Assembly: GCA_002418965.1 (NCBI GenBank)
Contig: DIFD01000015.1
Location: 215,088 to 279,087 of the forward strand
Length of the DNA: 64,000 nt
Reading direction: 5' to 3'
Origin: Peptococcaceae bacterium UBA5757
GTDB taxonomy: Bacteria; Bacillota; Dehalobacteriia; UBA4068
A program made the translations under genes and the position numbers. Below are positions 52,826-63,900 of the stretch, piece after piece. The notes beneath the pieces were generated by a model, which saw only the letters and a list, made by a program, of their open reading frames with translations, had not been told where the DNA came from and ran no database searches. The stretch's first letter is position 1, and each line of letters begins with the position of its first letter.

Positions 52826-53268
52826 ACAAAATCAAGATTATTGAATATAAGCGATAAACTTATATATTTGAGGGAAAAAGCTTGTCGCTTATATTTATAG
52901 TAATATGGTGACAAGCTTTATATGTTTTGTCTATAAAGTCTGAGATTTTCCTTACTATATACATAGATAGGTTGTATATTGTTTTGGGGTTTGTTATAGT
53001 CATAAGGGGAGTATCTTTTTTATATAGGGGTATAAATTAAATACATACCTTGATAATCGTGTCATTTTTTCTTAAAATGGTATATGTCAATAACCCATTT
53101 TATCAATTATTCTAATCTTACTAGTTTTTATAACCGACACATTAGCCGATTGAAAGTTATTTTGCAGGTTATTAATACTTTGATAGCAAATTGATAAAGA
53201 TTAAGAATGCGATAAAAAATTGATAAAGACGGAATAATAAATGGGCAACATGAAGGAGGACAAAAAAT

Positions 53269-55857
53269 ATGATTCCTCAAAGACTTACTCAAGGATCACG
53301 TGATGTCATTCAGGGAGCTCAAAAGATTGCGGTTCAAAATAATAATTATCAGATTGAAGAAGAACATCTTGCGCAAGCATTGTTTGAGCAGGAGAACGGC
53401 TTGATTCCGCTCTTATTACGAAAAATGCGTATCAGCCCACTAGCCGTTTTAAATGGAATCAGAACCCAGGTTTCCAAGTTGCCCAGTTCGCAAGAAACCG
53501 ATCAGGGGGAAGTGTGTATTTCACCCAAAGTAGATATTCTGCTCGGTTATGCGGAAAAAGAAGCTGCTCGCATGAAAGATGAATTTGTATCCGTAGAGCA
53601 TATCATGATCGCATTACTGGACCAGCCTGATACGGTTATGCATGAAGTCTATGACTCGTATGGCATCCAAAAGGATCAGTTTTTAACGATCCTTTATTCC
53701 GAGCGGTATAATAACCGCTCTGCCAATGATATTCCGGAAGATACCCATAATGTGCTTGCAAAGTATGGGCGTGACTTGGTGAAGATGGCAAAAAACAACA
53801 AATTAGATCCGGTTATTGGCAGGGATAAGGAACTTCGGGATTTGGTTCGGGTCTTATCGCGTAAGACAAAGAACAATCCGGTATTGATCGGAGAACCGGG
53901 CGTAGGGAAAACGGCCATTGTGGAAGGGCTTGCCTTGCGGATTGCCTACGGCGACGTGCCCCATGCGCTGAAAGATAATATCCTATTTTCCTTAGATATC
54001 GGTGCGCTGATTGCCGGGACAAAATTCCGGGGAGAATTTGAGGATCGGCTGAAAGCTGTTTTAAAAGAAATCAATAAGAACGAAGGAAGAATTATTCTCT
54101 TCATAGATGAATTGCATACCATTATTGGGGTAGGCAAAACGGAAGGCTCGATCGACGCCGGCAATCTGCTTAAACCCATGCTGGCTTATGGGGAGCTGCA
54201 TTGTATCGGCGCAACCACGCTGAAAGAATACCATCAGTATATAGAAAAGGACCCTGCGTTGGAACGCCGTTTTCGTCCCATTTTGGTAGAAGAACCCAGT
54301 GTGGCCGATACCATATCGATTTTGCGCGGTTTAAAAGACCGTTATGAAAATTATCATGGGGTTAAAATCCAGGACCAGGCATTGGTTGCCGCGGCTACGC
54401 TTTCTCACCGCTATATTTCTGACCGGTTTCTGCCGGATAAAGCCATCGATTTGATTGACGAGGCTTGTGCCATGATTCGTAGCGAAATGGATTATATGCC
54501 TACCCAATTGGATGAAGCCTCCCGGAAAATTATTCAGTTGGAGGCCGAAGCGGAGACGTTAAAACTAGATCCCAGTTCTTTTTCGCAATTAAAGGCCGTG
54601 CAAATTGAATTGGCTAACTTACGGGAACAACATGAAAAATTGAAAGCAAGATGGGAAAAAGAAAAGCGCACGCATAATAAAGTACAAAAATTACGTGAAC
54701 AAATCAATGAAGTCAATGCTGAAATTGAGGGTGCAAAATGCAAATATGGCACTTATGAAACTAAAGATGGCCATAAACTACCGGAACTAGCCCAGCAATT
54801 AGAGAAACAGGAGCAAGCGGAAGCAGAAAATGCAAAGCTACCCGGCTCCTTATTGCGGGATCACGTTTCAGAGGAAGAGATTGCTCAGATTGTCTGTCGC
54901 TGGACGGGGATCCCTGTTACCAGATTAATGGAAAGTGAACGGGAAAAACTACTGAAACTAGAGGATACGCTGCATAAACGTGTAATAGGACAGAATTTCG
55001 CTGTAGAAAAGGTGGCCGAGGCTATTTTGCGTTCCCGGGCAGGCATCCAAAATCCCGACCGTCCGATCGGTTCTTTCCTCTTTCTTGGCCCGACCGGCGT
55101 CGGCAAAACCGAGCTGGGTAAAGCGTTGGCCGAAGCGTTATTCGATGACGAAAAAAATATCGTACGCATCGATATGAGTGAGTATATGGAAAAGTATACG
55201 GTATCCCGTTTGATCGGCGCGCCTCCCGGTTATGTAGGATATGAGGAAGGCGGGCAATTGACCGAGGCTGTACGCAGGCATCCGTATTCTGTTGTCTTGT
55301 TTGACGAGGCGGAAAAGGCGCATCCTGATGTCTTTAATGTGTTATTGCAGGTATTGGACGATGGTCGGATTACCGATTCGCAGGGGAGAACGGTTGACTT
55401 TAAAAATACCATCATTATTCTCACCTCCAATCTTGGTTCGGATGTGATTCTGCAAGGGATTGACGAGAACGGTAATATTTGTGAGGAAGCGGAAACACGT
55501 GTCTCGTATATGCTCAAGCAACAGTTACGGCCGGAGTTTTTGAACCGTTTGGATGAGATTGTATTTTTTAAGCCATTGACCAAAATGGAGATTGCCCAGA
55601 TCGTAGACTTGATTATTGCCGATCTGCAAAAAAGAATGGATGAAAAACTGATTACCATCCATGTGACTCAGGCGGCAAAACAATATATGATTGACCAGGG
55701 GTATAATCCCTGCTACGGCGCGAGGCCCATGAGGCGATTTATCCAGAGTAAGGTTGAAACGATGATCGCAAGGAAAATCATATCCGAGGATATCAAACAA
55801 AACAGAACATTGACTATCGATCTTGTTGACGGTCAACTCTCTTTGGAAGTAAGCTGA
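53269..55857 (+). CDS. clpB: ATP-dependent chaperone ClpB
   Basis: 862 aa, two AAA+ modules ([16 protein letters not shown]) with the long middle coiled-coil. AAGGAGG SD. Confidence 0.93.
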   Translation: MIPQRLTQGSRDVIQGAQKIAVQNNNYQIEEEHLAQALFEQENGLIPLLLRKMRISPLAVLNGIRTQVSKLPSSQETDQGEVCISPKVDILLGYAEKEAARMKDEFVSVEHIMIALLDQPDTVMHEVYDSYGIQKDQFLTILYSERYNNRSANDIPEDTHNVLAKYGRDLVKMAKNNKLDPVIGRDKELRDLVRVLSRKTKNNPVLIGEPGVGKTAIVEGLALRIAYGDVPHALKDNILFSLDIGALIAGTKFRGEFEDRLKAVLKEINKNEGRIILFIDELHTIIGVGKTEGSIDAGNLLKPMLAYGELHCIGATTLKEYHQYIEKDPALERRFRPILVEEPSVADTISILRGLKDRYENYHGVKIQDQALVAAATLSHRYISDRFLPDKAIDLIDEACAMIRSEMDYMPTQLDEASRKIIQLEAEAETLKLDPSSFSQLKAVQIELANLREQHEKLKARWEKEKRTHNKVQKLREQINEVNAEIEGAKCKYGTYETKDGHKLPELAQQLEKQEQAEAENAKLPGSLLRDHVSEEEIAQIVCRWTGIPVTRLMESEREKLLKLEDTLHKRVIGQNFAVEKVAEAILRSRAGIQNPDRPIGSFLFLGPTGVGKTELGKALAEALFDDEKNIVRIDMSEYMEKYTVSRLIGAPPGYVGYEEGGQLTEAVRRHPYSVVLFDEAEKAHPDVFNVLLQVLDDGRITDSQGRTVDFKNTIIILTSNLGSDVILQGIDENGNICEEAETRVSYMLKQQLRPEFLNRLDEIVFFKPLTKMEIAQIVDLIIADLQKRMDEKLITIHVTQAAKQYMIDQGYNPCYGARPMRRFIQSKVETMIARKIISEDIKQNRTLTIDLVDGQLSLEVS

Positions 55858-55956
55858 AATGATATCAGGATCTCGAAACAAATTGTGTTCTGATGGGCTT
55901 TGATTTATTTGTGATGGTGGTGGGTATTCCCTTTTTTCTATATATTAACAAAGCGA

Positions 55957-55996
55957 TAAAAGACTTGAGTTTATTTATTCTTAAGTCTTTTATTAA
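55957..55996 (+). terminator. Possible terminator after clpB
   Basis: aaaagactt...aagtctttt stem with a 16 nt loop, then attaatttt. Confidence 0.35.
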
Positions 55997-56104
55997 TTTT
56001 GTCTATAAATTCCATATCTAGCGCTATATCGTGTTGATTTTTATATAATTTGTCGATATAATGAGAATAGTAGCATAATTAGAAATTCGTTTGGGAGGAT
56101 TATC

Positions 56105-58495
56105 ATGAGTAAATTTGCCATGCAAACGGAACCTCAATCCCAGAATTCTAAAAATCAAACGGATACTAATTTAAAAGATATACTTGACTGGCAAGCAATT
56201 CAGGAATGCTTCGAGGAGTTTAATAAACTGGTCAAATTACCGATAGCGATTATAGATATAGATGGTAATTTCTTAGCGCAGGTTGGAATTCAAGATATTT
56301 GTGCAAAATATCACCGAATTAATCCTGAAGCATTTAAAAATTGTTACGAGAGCGATATCAATTTAACTCAGGGAGTACCGGTTGGCAGTTATAAATTATA
56401 TAGATGTCATAATAACATGTATGATGCTGTCACACCATTGGTTATTGAAGGAAGGCATCTTGGTAATTTACTGGTCGGCCAATTTTTATTTGCAGACGAA
56501 CTGCTTGATCTAGAATTGTATCGGGAACAAGCCAGGAAGTACGGATTTGATGAGCGTGAATATCTATCAGCATTACAACAAGTTCCGGTCATTAGCCGGG
56601 AGATTATTGATGATGTTATGTCTTTTTTAAGCAAGTTTGCTGATATTTTATCTACAAAGGGATATAGCAATGTGCAATTATCCAGGAGTTTAGCTGAAAT
56701 TAAAATTTTGATAGAATCATTAAAAAAAAGTGAGGGAAAATATCGGCTTTTAGTTGAGAATCAAACCGATCTTTTTGTCAAAAATGATTCTGACGGCAAT
56801 TTCTTATACGCAAGCCCATCTTATTGTCAACTTTTCGGAGTGGATGAGAAGGATCTATTGGGTAAACCGTATTCTTCTGTAATTAGTGAAGAAAATCTTT
56901 CGGATTATGAAAGAGCTATTAAAGAAATGTTGGAGTCACCATACACCTGTTTTTATGAAGAAAGAGTAAAAACTCTGAAAGGTTGGAGATGGCTTCAATG
57001 GACCGGAAAAACAGTGATCGGCGAAAATGGGGAAATAGAGGCGTTTATTGGTAATGGCCGTGATATTACGGAGAAGAAAAACCTAGAAAAGGAACTGATA
57101 GCAAAGCAGGCACAACAAAGCGCTATGGTCGCCAATATCTTAGATGTGTTGATGATTGCTGATGAAAATTTAGATATTAAATACGTTAGTGCAAATATAC
57201 AAAAATATTTTGGTTGGACACCGCAAGATTTATATGGGAAGCAAGCTTTTATAAGGATATATGATGATGATAAACCAAGATTAACAAAAATGATTAATGA
57301 AATAAAATCGGGCAATAGTTTTGCCAAAACCGGAGAATTTAGATATTTAGTTAAAGATGGAGCATATAAAGACGTTGAAATAACAGCGGTTAATCTCATC
57401 CAGGACACCTATATTAATGGCTATATGATCAATTTTCATGATATAACAGAGCATAAACGCAGGGAAAACGAAATTAAATATTTGAGTTATAGAGATGCTT
57501 TAACCGGTTTATATAACCGGACATTTTTTGAAGAAGAAATCAAACGCTATGCAATGACAGAAGATTTATTGCCTTTTTCAGTGATTATGGGGGATGTCAA
57601 CGGCTTAAAAATAATTAATGATGGGTTTGGGCACGAAGAAGGGGATACTGTTTTAAAACGAATTGCTCAGATTTTGCTTAGTTGTTGCAGAGCAAATGAT
57701 GTTGTATGCAGAATTGGCGGGGACGAGTTCTGTGTTCTTTTGCCTCGCACCAAACGTACAATAGCAGAAAAAATATGCGGTCGTATTTATAAAAAATGCG
57801 TAGAGATTAACACGATCGGCAAACATAAGATCAATCTAAGTATTTCGCTTGGATATGAAACAAAAGAATATGAGAATGATGCATTAACAGAAACGATAAA
57901 AAGAGCCGAGTCAATTATGTATCGGCATAAACTTTTAGAGAGTAGGTCGGCATATAGTTCTATCATTTCTGCTATCAAAGCGACTATGTATGAAAAAAGT
58001 GAAGAAATGGAAAAGCATTCGGAAAGGACAGTTGATTTAACGGTTTTTTTAGGTAAAAAATTAGGTTTGGCGGAAGAGCAGCTTAACCAATTGGAACTTT
58101 TGGCCACTTTACATGATATCGGCAAAATGAGCATCGATAGGCGTATTTTAAATAAACCGGGCAAACTAACTGCTTCCGAATGGTTGGAAGTAAAAAAACA
58201 CCCGGAAGCAGGATACAGAATCGCACTCGCTTCGCCGGAATTGGTTCATATTGCGGATTACATCTTGTATCATCATGAACGTTGGGACGGGAGCGAATAC
58301 CCGCAAGGATTAAAAGGAGAAGATATTCCTTTTCTTTCAAGAATTGTTGCGGTCGTTGATGCTTACGACGCCATTACCAATGGCCGCTCCTATAAAGAAG
58401 CGCAAACCAAAGAGTACGCAATCGATGAAATCAAAAAAAATTCCGGGACACAATTTGACCCGGATGTCGTCAAAGCTTTTTTAACGATTATTTAA
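56105..58495 (+). CDS. Multidomain c-di-GMP signalling protein: PocR sensor, PAS, PAS, GGDEF (diguanylate cyclase) and HD-GYP (phosphodiesterase)
   Basis: PocR-like N-terminus (KLPIAIIDIDGNFLAQVG...). GGDEF signature RDALTGLYNR...GGDEFCVLL. HD-GYP signature HDIGK...HHERWDGSEYP. Confidence 0.85.
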   Translation: MSKFAMQTEPQSQNSKNQTDTNLKDILDWQAIQECFEEFNKLVKLPIAIIDIDGNFLAQVGIQDICAKYHRINPEAFKNCYESDINLTQGVPVGSYKLYRCHNNMYDAVTPLVIEGRHLGNLLVGQFLFADELLDLELYREQARKYGFDEREYLSALQQVPVISREIIDDVMSFLSKFADILSTKGYSNVQLSRSLAEIKILIESLKKSEGKYRLLVENQTDLFVKNDSDGNFLYASPSYCQLFGVDEKDLLGKPYSSVISEENLSDYERAIKEMLESPYTCFYEERVKTLKGWRWLQWTGKTVIGENGEIEAFIGNGRDITEKKNLEKELIAKQAQQSAMVANILDVLMIADENLDIKYVSANIQKYFGWTPQDLYGKQAFIRIYDDDKPRLTKMINEIKSGNSFAKTGEFRYLVKDGAYKDVEITAVNLIQDTYINGYMINFHDITEHKRRENEIKYLSYRDALTGLYNRTFFEEEIKRYAMTEDLLPFSVIMGDVNGLKIINDGFGHEEGDTVLKRIAQILLSCCRANDVVCRIGGDEFCVLLPRTKRTIAEKICGRIYKKCVEINTIGKHKINLSISLGYETKEYENDALTETIKRAESIMYRHKLLESRSAYSSIISAIKATMYEKSEEMEKHSERTVDLTVFLGKKLGLAEEQLNQLELLATLHDIGKMSIDRRILNKPGKLTASEWLEVKKHPEAGYRIALASPELVHIADYILYHHERWDGSEYPQGLKGEDIPFLSRIVAVVDAYDAITNGRSYKEAQTKEYAIDEIKKNSGTQFDPDVVKAFLTII

Positions 58496-58515
58496 CCTTA
58501 AAATTATATAAAATA

Positions 58516-58558
58516 AAAGATATTGCCGGTATTTAATTGATACCGGCAATATCTTTTG
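58516..58558 (+). terminator. Rho-independent terminator after the GGDEF/HD-GYP gene
   Basis: aaaagatattgccggta tttaattga taccggcaatatctttt. Confidence 0.7.
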
Positions 58559-58776
58559 TGTATCATTCAGGCGGTTTATAAAAGCTGGTTTCTTAACCCA
58601 GACAAAAACTTCTTTTTTTCTTTGAGGGAATCCGATATATGACCCGGGACACCGACGGTATTGTCTAATTCTATAATAATTACCGATAAATGTTTATTTA
58701 TGGACATATTTTGTTATGATAAGATTAGATTCGGATTGAGGGTAAAAAAAAGACCAGGCATGAAGGAGGCGATGAT

Positions 58777-59775
58777 GTGACCGATTTAAGTTTTGAGAAG
58801 AAGCCCGGAGTCGAGGTGATCTATTTGGCCGGGGGATGCTTTTGGGGTCTGCAAAAGCTAATGCAGTCCTTACCCGGCGTTGTTGCTACCGTAAGCGGGT
58901 ATGCCAATGGGACAAGCGATAAAGAGGCTACTTACAGGGCTGTCTGCAGCGGTAATACAGGCTTTCGGGAAACGGTTCGGGTTGAATATGACCCGAAACG
59001 CACCAGTTTAGACATCCTTTTGTATGCTTATTTTGCCGTCATTGACCCGACTGTAAAAAATGCGCAGGGAAATGATAAAGGAACGCAGTATCAGACAGGA
59101 ATCTATTATACAGATGAGGCTTCCCGCCAGACGGTGGAACGCATTGCTGAAATTGAGCGGGAGCGCCACCCCCAATTTGCTGTGGAAATCAAGCCCTTGG
59201 AGTGTTTTTATGACGCTGAGGAATATCATCAGAACTATCTGGATAAAAACCCATTTGGCTACTGCCATATCCCGGAAAAAGAGATGGAAAAACTCAGCCA
59301 GGTTGTGATTGACCCTGCCCAATACAAACGTCCGGACAAAGATGTCATCGCTCAAAAGCTTGATGACATGCAGTTTGATGTAACACAAAATGCGGCGACG
59401 GAGCCCCCTTTTCAAAATACTTTCTGGGACCACTTTGAAAAAGGTATCTATGTGGATATTGTTACCGGTGAGCCACTTTTTTCTTCCCAAGACAAATATT
59501 TGAGCTCTTGCGGCTGGCCCAGTTTTGCCAAAGGACTGGATGACAATGCGCTGGTTTATTTGGAAGATCGTTCCCATTTTATCAAGCGGACGGAAGTACG
59601 CAGCCGGACAGGCAACTCGCATTTGGGACATGTTTTCCGCAGAGACTCCGAATCTCCAACCAAAACCCGTTATTGTATCAATAGCGCCTCCCTGCGTTTT
59701 ATTCCCTATGACGAAATGGAAGCCCAAGGATATGGGTATTTAAAGCTTTATTTGGAGGAAAAATCACAGAAATAG
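58777..59775 (+). CDS. msrAB: Bifunctional peptide-methionine sulfoxide reductase MsrA/MsrB
   Basis: MsrA motif GGCFWG, then a C-terminal MsrB/SelR domain with CGWPSF and RYCINSASL. GTG start after GAAGGAGG. Confidence 0.9.
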   Translation: MTDLSFEKKPGVEVIYLAGGCFWGLQKLMQSLPGVVATVSGYANGTSDKEATYRAVCSGNTGFRETVRVEYDPKRTSLDILLYAYFAVIDPTVKNAQGNDKGTQYQTGIYYTDEASRQTVERIAEIERERHPQFAVEIKPLECFYDAEEYHQNYLDKNPFGYCHIPEKEMEKLSQVVIDPAQYKRPDKDVIAQKLDDMQFDVTQNAATEPPFQNTFWDHFEKGIYVDIVTGEPLFSSQDKYLSSCGWPSFAKGLDDNALVYLEDRSHFIKRTEVRSRTGNSHLGHVFRRDSESPTKTRYCINSASLRFIPYDEMEAQGYGYLKLYLEEKSQK

Positions 59776-59980
59776 GGTTTAGGTGAGTATAAATAACACT
59801 TTTTTAAAAAAGTCAGAGGAGTAATGCGGTTCATTTATAAAAACAATATTTTTACATGGTTCAATAACTTTGTATCGATTCGTTTCCCATGCCTCATTTG
59901 CGAATTGAATCGTGGATAACCCAACAAACAATACACAATAGTCCGTATTTGTGTATATTTGTTGGAATGTAGAGGATCGT

Positions 59981-60028
59981 ATAGTAATAAAAGAGCAACC
60001 TCTTAAGAGGTTGCTCTTTTATTACTAT
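59981..60028. terminator. Bidirectional terminator (48 nt perfect palindrome) between the convergent msrAB and phoR
   Basis: atagtaataaaagagcaacctcttaagaggttgctcttttattactat. Confidence 0.7.
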
Positions 60029-60038
60029 AATTTAGCTG

Positions 60039-61769
60039 TTATTCCGGTAGGTCAACGGTGACGGTTGTACCCTGTCCTTTTGCACTTTCTAAGCCGATTT
60101 TGCCATGATGGTATTCTACGACGTGTTTAACGATCGACAGTCCTAACCCGGTACCGCCGCTTTGTTTGGAGCGGCTTTTATCTACCCGGTAAAAACGCTC
60201 AAAGATGCGTTCCTGGTACTGGGGATCGATGCCGATGCCCGTATCGCTGATGGTAATTTGGGCGAACCCTTCTTTTTTTTGAATCGAAACAGAGATGCTG
60301 CCGTTTTCTTGATTGTATTTGACGGCGTTATCGATAAGATTATAAAGCAATTCGAAGATCATCTGGCGGTTAGCCTTGATGGTGATTTCTTCGGAAGCAT
60401 ATTCCAGGCGGATCTTTTTTGCCGCTATGCTTGGAGTCAGAGAATGTATTGTTTCACTCAAAAGTTCGGGTAAATAGACTTGCGTCATGGTATCCTGATC
60501 GACAAGACCGCTTTCAATTTCTGAAAGACGCATGATCTCGTTAATTAAGAGGAGCAAACGCTCCGCTTCTTTTTTGATTGCTGCTGCCGACTTCTTGATA
60601 TCGACTTCGTCTTTGATCATTCCGCCGGAAATCATCTCTGCGTAACCATTGATGGAAGTCAGCGGTGTTTTTAATTCATGCGAGACATTGGCGGCAAAAT
60701 CCTGCCGGACCTTTTCTGCCTTTATTTCCTGAGAAACATCCAAGATCAAGATCATTACGCCTTCGGCCCGCTCTGCCCGGGCAATACCAACCGGACTGAT
60801 ATAGTAACGCAGATAATGCCCTTGGTTTTCATAGGTAAAGGAAAATTCCTCATTTTTAGCCAGGGTTTGGTCGATGAAAGTTAGCAATTCAATATTTCTT
60901 GTTAGCTTGGAGATACTTTCCCCGGTGTGGTTATGATTAGGATTAATATGCAGCATTAAAGAAGCGCTGTTGTTGATGGATACGATATGTTTGTTTTGAT
61001 CAAGCAAAATCAGTCCTTCGCGCATATTGGCGCTGATATCGCTGATGGTATCCCGTTCGGCTTTTAAGGTTAGGATTTGTTGGTTAATCCGTTCATTTTG
61101 CATCCTGATTTTGCGGATGAAGGGAATCATCTCATCATAAATGGGGATATCGTAGAGGTTGCCGTTTTGTTCGTCGGATGGGTTGTCTAAGCGTTCTGCG
61201 ATTTTATTGACCGGCTTGACGATCGATTTGGTCAAGAAAGAAGCGGCGATCAAACTTGCGATGATTAAAAGTAGGAGGATGATCACAACATAGGGGATAA
61301 TTCCGGAAAATACGGTGCGGATGCTTTCCAACTGACGGGAAAGACGCAAAAAAGCGCCGTTATCCATCTTGAGCGCATAGTAATAAGCATCTTTACCCAA
61401 TGTGGCCGAATAGCGTACCGCTTCGCCGCTGCCGGTCTCTTGGGCAGAAAGTACTTCCGGGCGGTTTAAGTGGTTTTCCAGTGTTTCAGCCGTGGCGTCG
61501 GTGTCAAAAAGAACGGCTCCTTTAGCATCGATAATGGTAATCCGGGTGTAAGTGGAGATCTCCGAACCGATCTTTGTAATCAATGTTTTATAGTCCGTGT
61601 TGCCCGGACTGTTTTGCAAATAATCCTTGATTAAGGAAGCCTCAGCCCGGAGTTCGGATTTGATATTGTCGCTGTAAAAATCATAATAAACCCTGGTGAG
61701 GGCCAGGGCGCAGATGACCGAAAAAGATATGGTCAATAAGACAAAAATCAGAAAGATACGTTTTTTCAT
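60039..61769 (-). CDS. phoR: Phosphate-regulon sensor histidine kinase (PhoR-like: sensor domain, PAS, HisKA, HATPase)
   Basis: 576 aa. H-box SHELKTPL. G-box region GTGLGLSIVKH. Upstream of phoP, phoU and pstB on the same strand. Confidence 0.85.
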   Translation of the reverse strand: MKKRIFLIFVLLTISFSVICALALTRVYYDFYSDNIKSELRAEASLIKDYLQNSPGNTDYKTLITKIGSEISTYTRITIIDAKGAVLFDTDATAETLENHLNRPEVLSAQETGSGEAVRYSATLGKDAYYYALKMDNGAFLRLSRQLESIRTVFSGIIPYVVIILLLLIIASLIAASFLTKSIVKPVNKIAERLDNPSDEQNGNLYDIPIYDEMIPFIRKIRMQNERINQQILTLKAERDTISDISANMREGLILLDQNKHIVSINNSASLMLHINPNHNHTGESISKLTRNIELLTFIDQTLAKNEEFSFTYENQGHYLRYYISPVGIARAERAEGVMILILDVSQEIKAEKVRQDFAANVSHELKTPLTSINGYAEMISGGMIKDEVDIKKSAAAIKKEAERLLLLINEIMRLSEIESGLVDQDTMTQVYLPELLSETIHSLTPSIAAKKIRLEYASEEITIKANRQMIFELLYNLIDNAVKYNQENGSISVSIQKKEGFAQITISDTGIGIDPQYQERIFERFYRVDKSRSKQSGGTGLGLSIVKHVVEYHHGKIGLESAKGQGTTVTVDLPE

Positions 61770-61774
61770 GAGCC

Positions 61775-62458
61775 TTACCCCTCAATCTTATATCCTACCG
61801 AGCGGATGGTTTTGATCAGGTCGATACACCCGCAGGCTTCTAACTTTTGTCTTAAGGTTTTGATATGCATATCAACGGTCCGCGTTTCGCCTTCAAAATC
61901 AAAGCTCCAAACCGCGGCAAGAATTTTTTCACGGGAGAGGACAATGCTTTTGTTTTTTACCAGATAATATAAAAGCTCGAATTCTTTATAGGTTAAATCA
62001 CATAGCTGCTCTTTATAGCGTACTTCCCTTTTATCATAATCAATGGAGAGATCACCTAAGCAAACAAGGGTGGAAGGGGATTCCTTTTCCTCATATCTGC
62101 GCAAAACAGCCCGGATCCGGGATATTAATTCCATGATCCCGAAGGGTTTAGTGATATAATCATCCGCGCCGCTATCCAGGCCTTTCACTTTATCATATTC
62201 ACTGGTTTTTGCTGTGATCATGATCACAGGGATTTTTTGATAGGTCGGGTCGGCTTTGAGTTTTTTTAGGATCTCGATGCCGTCTTCTTCCGGTAGCATG
62301 ATGTCAAGGAGAATGAGGGAAGGAAGTTCCTCTTTTAGGGCCCGATAAAAATCCGAACCTCTCTCAAACCCTACTGCGGTATAATCGACGCTTTTTAAGG
62401 CATATATGATCAGTTCGCGGATGCTCTCGTCATCTTCTACGCAATAGATCTTTTTCAT
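61775..62458 (-). CDS. phoP: OmpR-family response regulator (PhoP/PhoB-like)
   Basis: Receiver D-box LILLDIMLPEEDG and C-terminal winged-helix region. Confidence 0.85.
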   Translation of the reverse strand: MKKIYCVEDDESIRELIIYALKSVDYTAVGFERGSDFYRALKEELPSLILLDIMLPEEDGIEILKKLKADPTYQKIPVIMITAKTSEYDKVKGLDSGADDYITKPFGIMELISRIRAVLRRYEEKESPSTLVCLGDLSIDYDKREVRYKEQLCDLTYKEFELLYYLVKNKSIVLSREKILAAVWSFDFEGETRTVDMHIKTLRQKLEACGCIDLIKTIRSVGYKIEG

Positions 62459-62467
62459 CGTCCACCT

Positions 62468-63124
62468 CTAAACTATCTTTTCGTTTTTGTGCTCACCGGT
62501 AATGGAAAAAATGACCCATTCTGCGATATTAACTGCGTGATCACCAATACGTTCCAGGTATTTGGCGATCATTAAAAAATCGATGGCCTGTTCGCCGGAT
62601 GATATATCTTTGCGGATCAACTCTAAGAGTTCCTCTTTGATCACATTAAAAAAGTCGTCGACGATATCGTCTTGGGCGATAACATGTTTGGCTAGTTCCA
62701 GGTCTCTGCTGACAAATGCGTCGATGCTTCCGGTAACCATTTCGATTGCTGCAGCTGCCATTTGCGGCATATGGACCAGTTCTTTAATATATTGTTGCGG
62801 AGCGAGGCGCAGGGTTATTTCGGAGATGTCGGCAGCCTGATCCCCAATACGTTCCATATCCGTGACCATTTTTAAAGCCGTTGAAATCAGGCGCAGATCT
62901 TTGGCTACCGGTTGTTGTTGCAGGAGCAGTCTAAGACAATGACGCTCTATGGCTCTTTCTTTGTCATCTGTGCCTCTTTCCAAGTCAAAGACTTTCTTCG
63001 CCAATTCCGTATCTTTCTTGATCAACGCTTCTACAGAAGTCCCGATGGCCTCTTCGATCAGTGCACCCATTTCAATCAGGGCTGTATTTAATTTCTCCAG
63101 TTCTTCGTCAAATCGATAACGCAT
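62468..63124 (-). CDS. phoU: Phosphate transport system regulator PhoU
   Basis: Two PhoU repeats. Start MRYRFDEELEKL after GAGGTGG; the longer ORF to 63199 overlaps pstB. Confidence 0.85.
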   Translation of the reverse strand: MRYRFDEELEKLNTALIEMGALIEEAIGTSVEALIKKDTELAKKVFDLERGTDDKERAIERHCLRLLLQQQPVAKDLRLISTALKMVTDMERIGDQAADISEITLRLAPQQYIKELVHMPQMAAAAIEMVTGSIDAFVSRDLELAKHVIAQDDIVDDFFNVIKEELLELIRKDISSGEQAIDFLMIAKYLERIGDHAVNIAEWVIFSITGEHKNEKIV

Positions 63125-63137
63125 ATCTTTCCACCTC

Positions 63138-63890
63138 TCATCCGAATCTTCCGGTAATATAATCTTCTGTACGTTTGTCTTTGGGTAACGAAAACACATC
63201 TTCTGTGTTTCCGTATTCTATAATTTCACCCAGAAGGAAAAATGCGGTTTTGTCTGATATCCGGGTGGCCTGTTGCATATTATGGGTTACGATAACAATA
63301 GTATAATCTTTTTTTAGCTCCTGAACAAGATCTTCTATTTTGGTGGTGGAGATTGGGTCAAGCGCGCTTGTGGGTTCATCCATTAAAAGCACTTCCGGCT
63401 CGACGGCTAAAGCTCTGGCAATGCAAAGCCGCTGTTGTTGTCCTCCGGATAGGCTTAAAGCATTCTTTTTGAGGCGGTCTTTTAGTTCATCCCAGATAGC
63501 GGCTGCACGAAGGCTTTGCTCTACGATCTCGTTGAGCTTAAGTTTGGAGCGGATGCCGTGGGTACGCGGTCCGTAAGCCACATTATCGAAAACGGTCATG
63601 GGAAAGGGGTTAGGCTTTTGAAAGACCATACCGACTCTTTTTCTTAGAAGATTGACATCGTAATTATGGGCATAGATATCTTCATCCCCTAAGAGTACCT
63701 GGCCGCTGATGTGGCAATCTTCAATCAGGTCGTTCATTCTGTTTAAGGTTTTTAAAAAAGTGGATTTGCCGCAGCCGGATGGACCGATTAAAGCGGTAAT
63801 GCTTTTTTCTTCGATATTGATTTGAATATCTTGCAAAGCATGCAGCGTATCATAATATAAATTGAGGTTTGAGATAGAAAATTTATTCAT
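63138..63890 (-). CDS. pstB: Phosphate ABC transporter ATP-binding protein
   Basis: Walker [10 protein letters not shown], signature LSGGQQQR. 250 aa. Confidence 0.92.
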   Translation of the reverse strand: MNKFSISNLNLYYDTLHALQDIQINIEEKSITALIGPSGCGKSTFLKTLNRMNDLIEDCHISGQVLLGDEDIYAHNYDVNLLRKRVGMVFQKPNPFPMTVFDNVAYGPRTHGIRSKLKLNEIVEQSLRAAAIWDELKDRLKKNALSLSGGQQQRLCIARALAVEPEVLLMDEPTSALDPISTTKIEDLVQELKKDYTIVIVTHNMQQATRISDKTAFFLLGEIIEYGNTEDVFSLPKDKRTEDYITGRFG

Positions 63891-63900
63891 AGTTCACCTA

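Noticed and set aside
63125-63199. N-terminal extension of the phoU ORF ([11 protein letters not shown]...)
   Set aside because: It would overlap pstB by 60 nt. An internal ATG (63124) with GAGGTGG SD gives the canonical PhoU N-terminus MRYRFDEELEKL.
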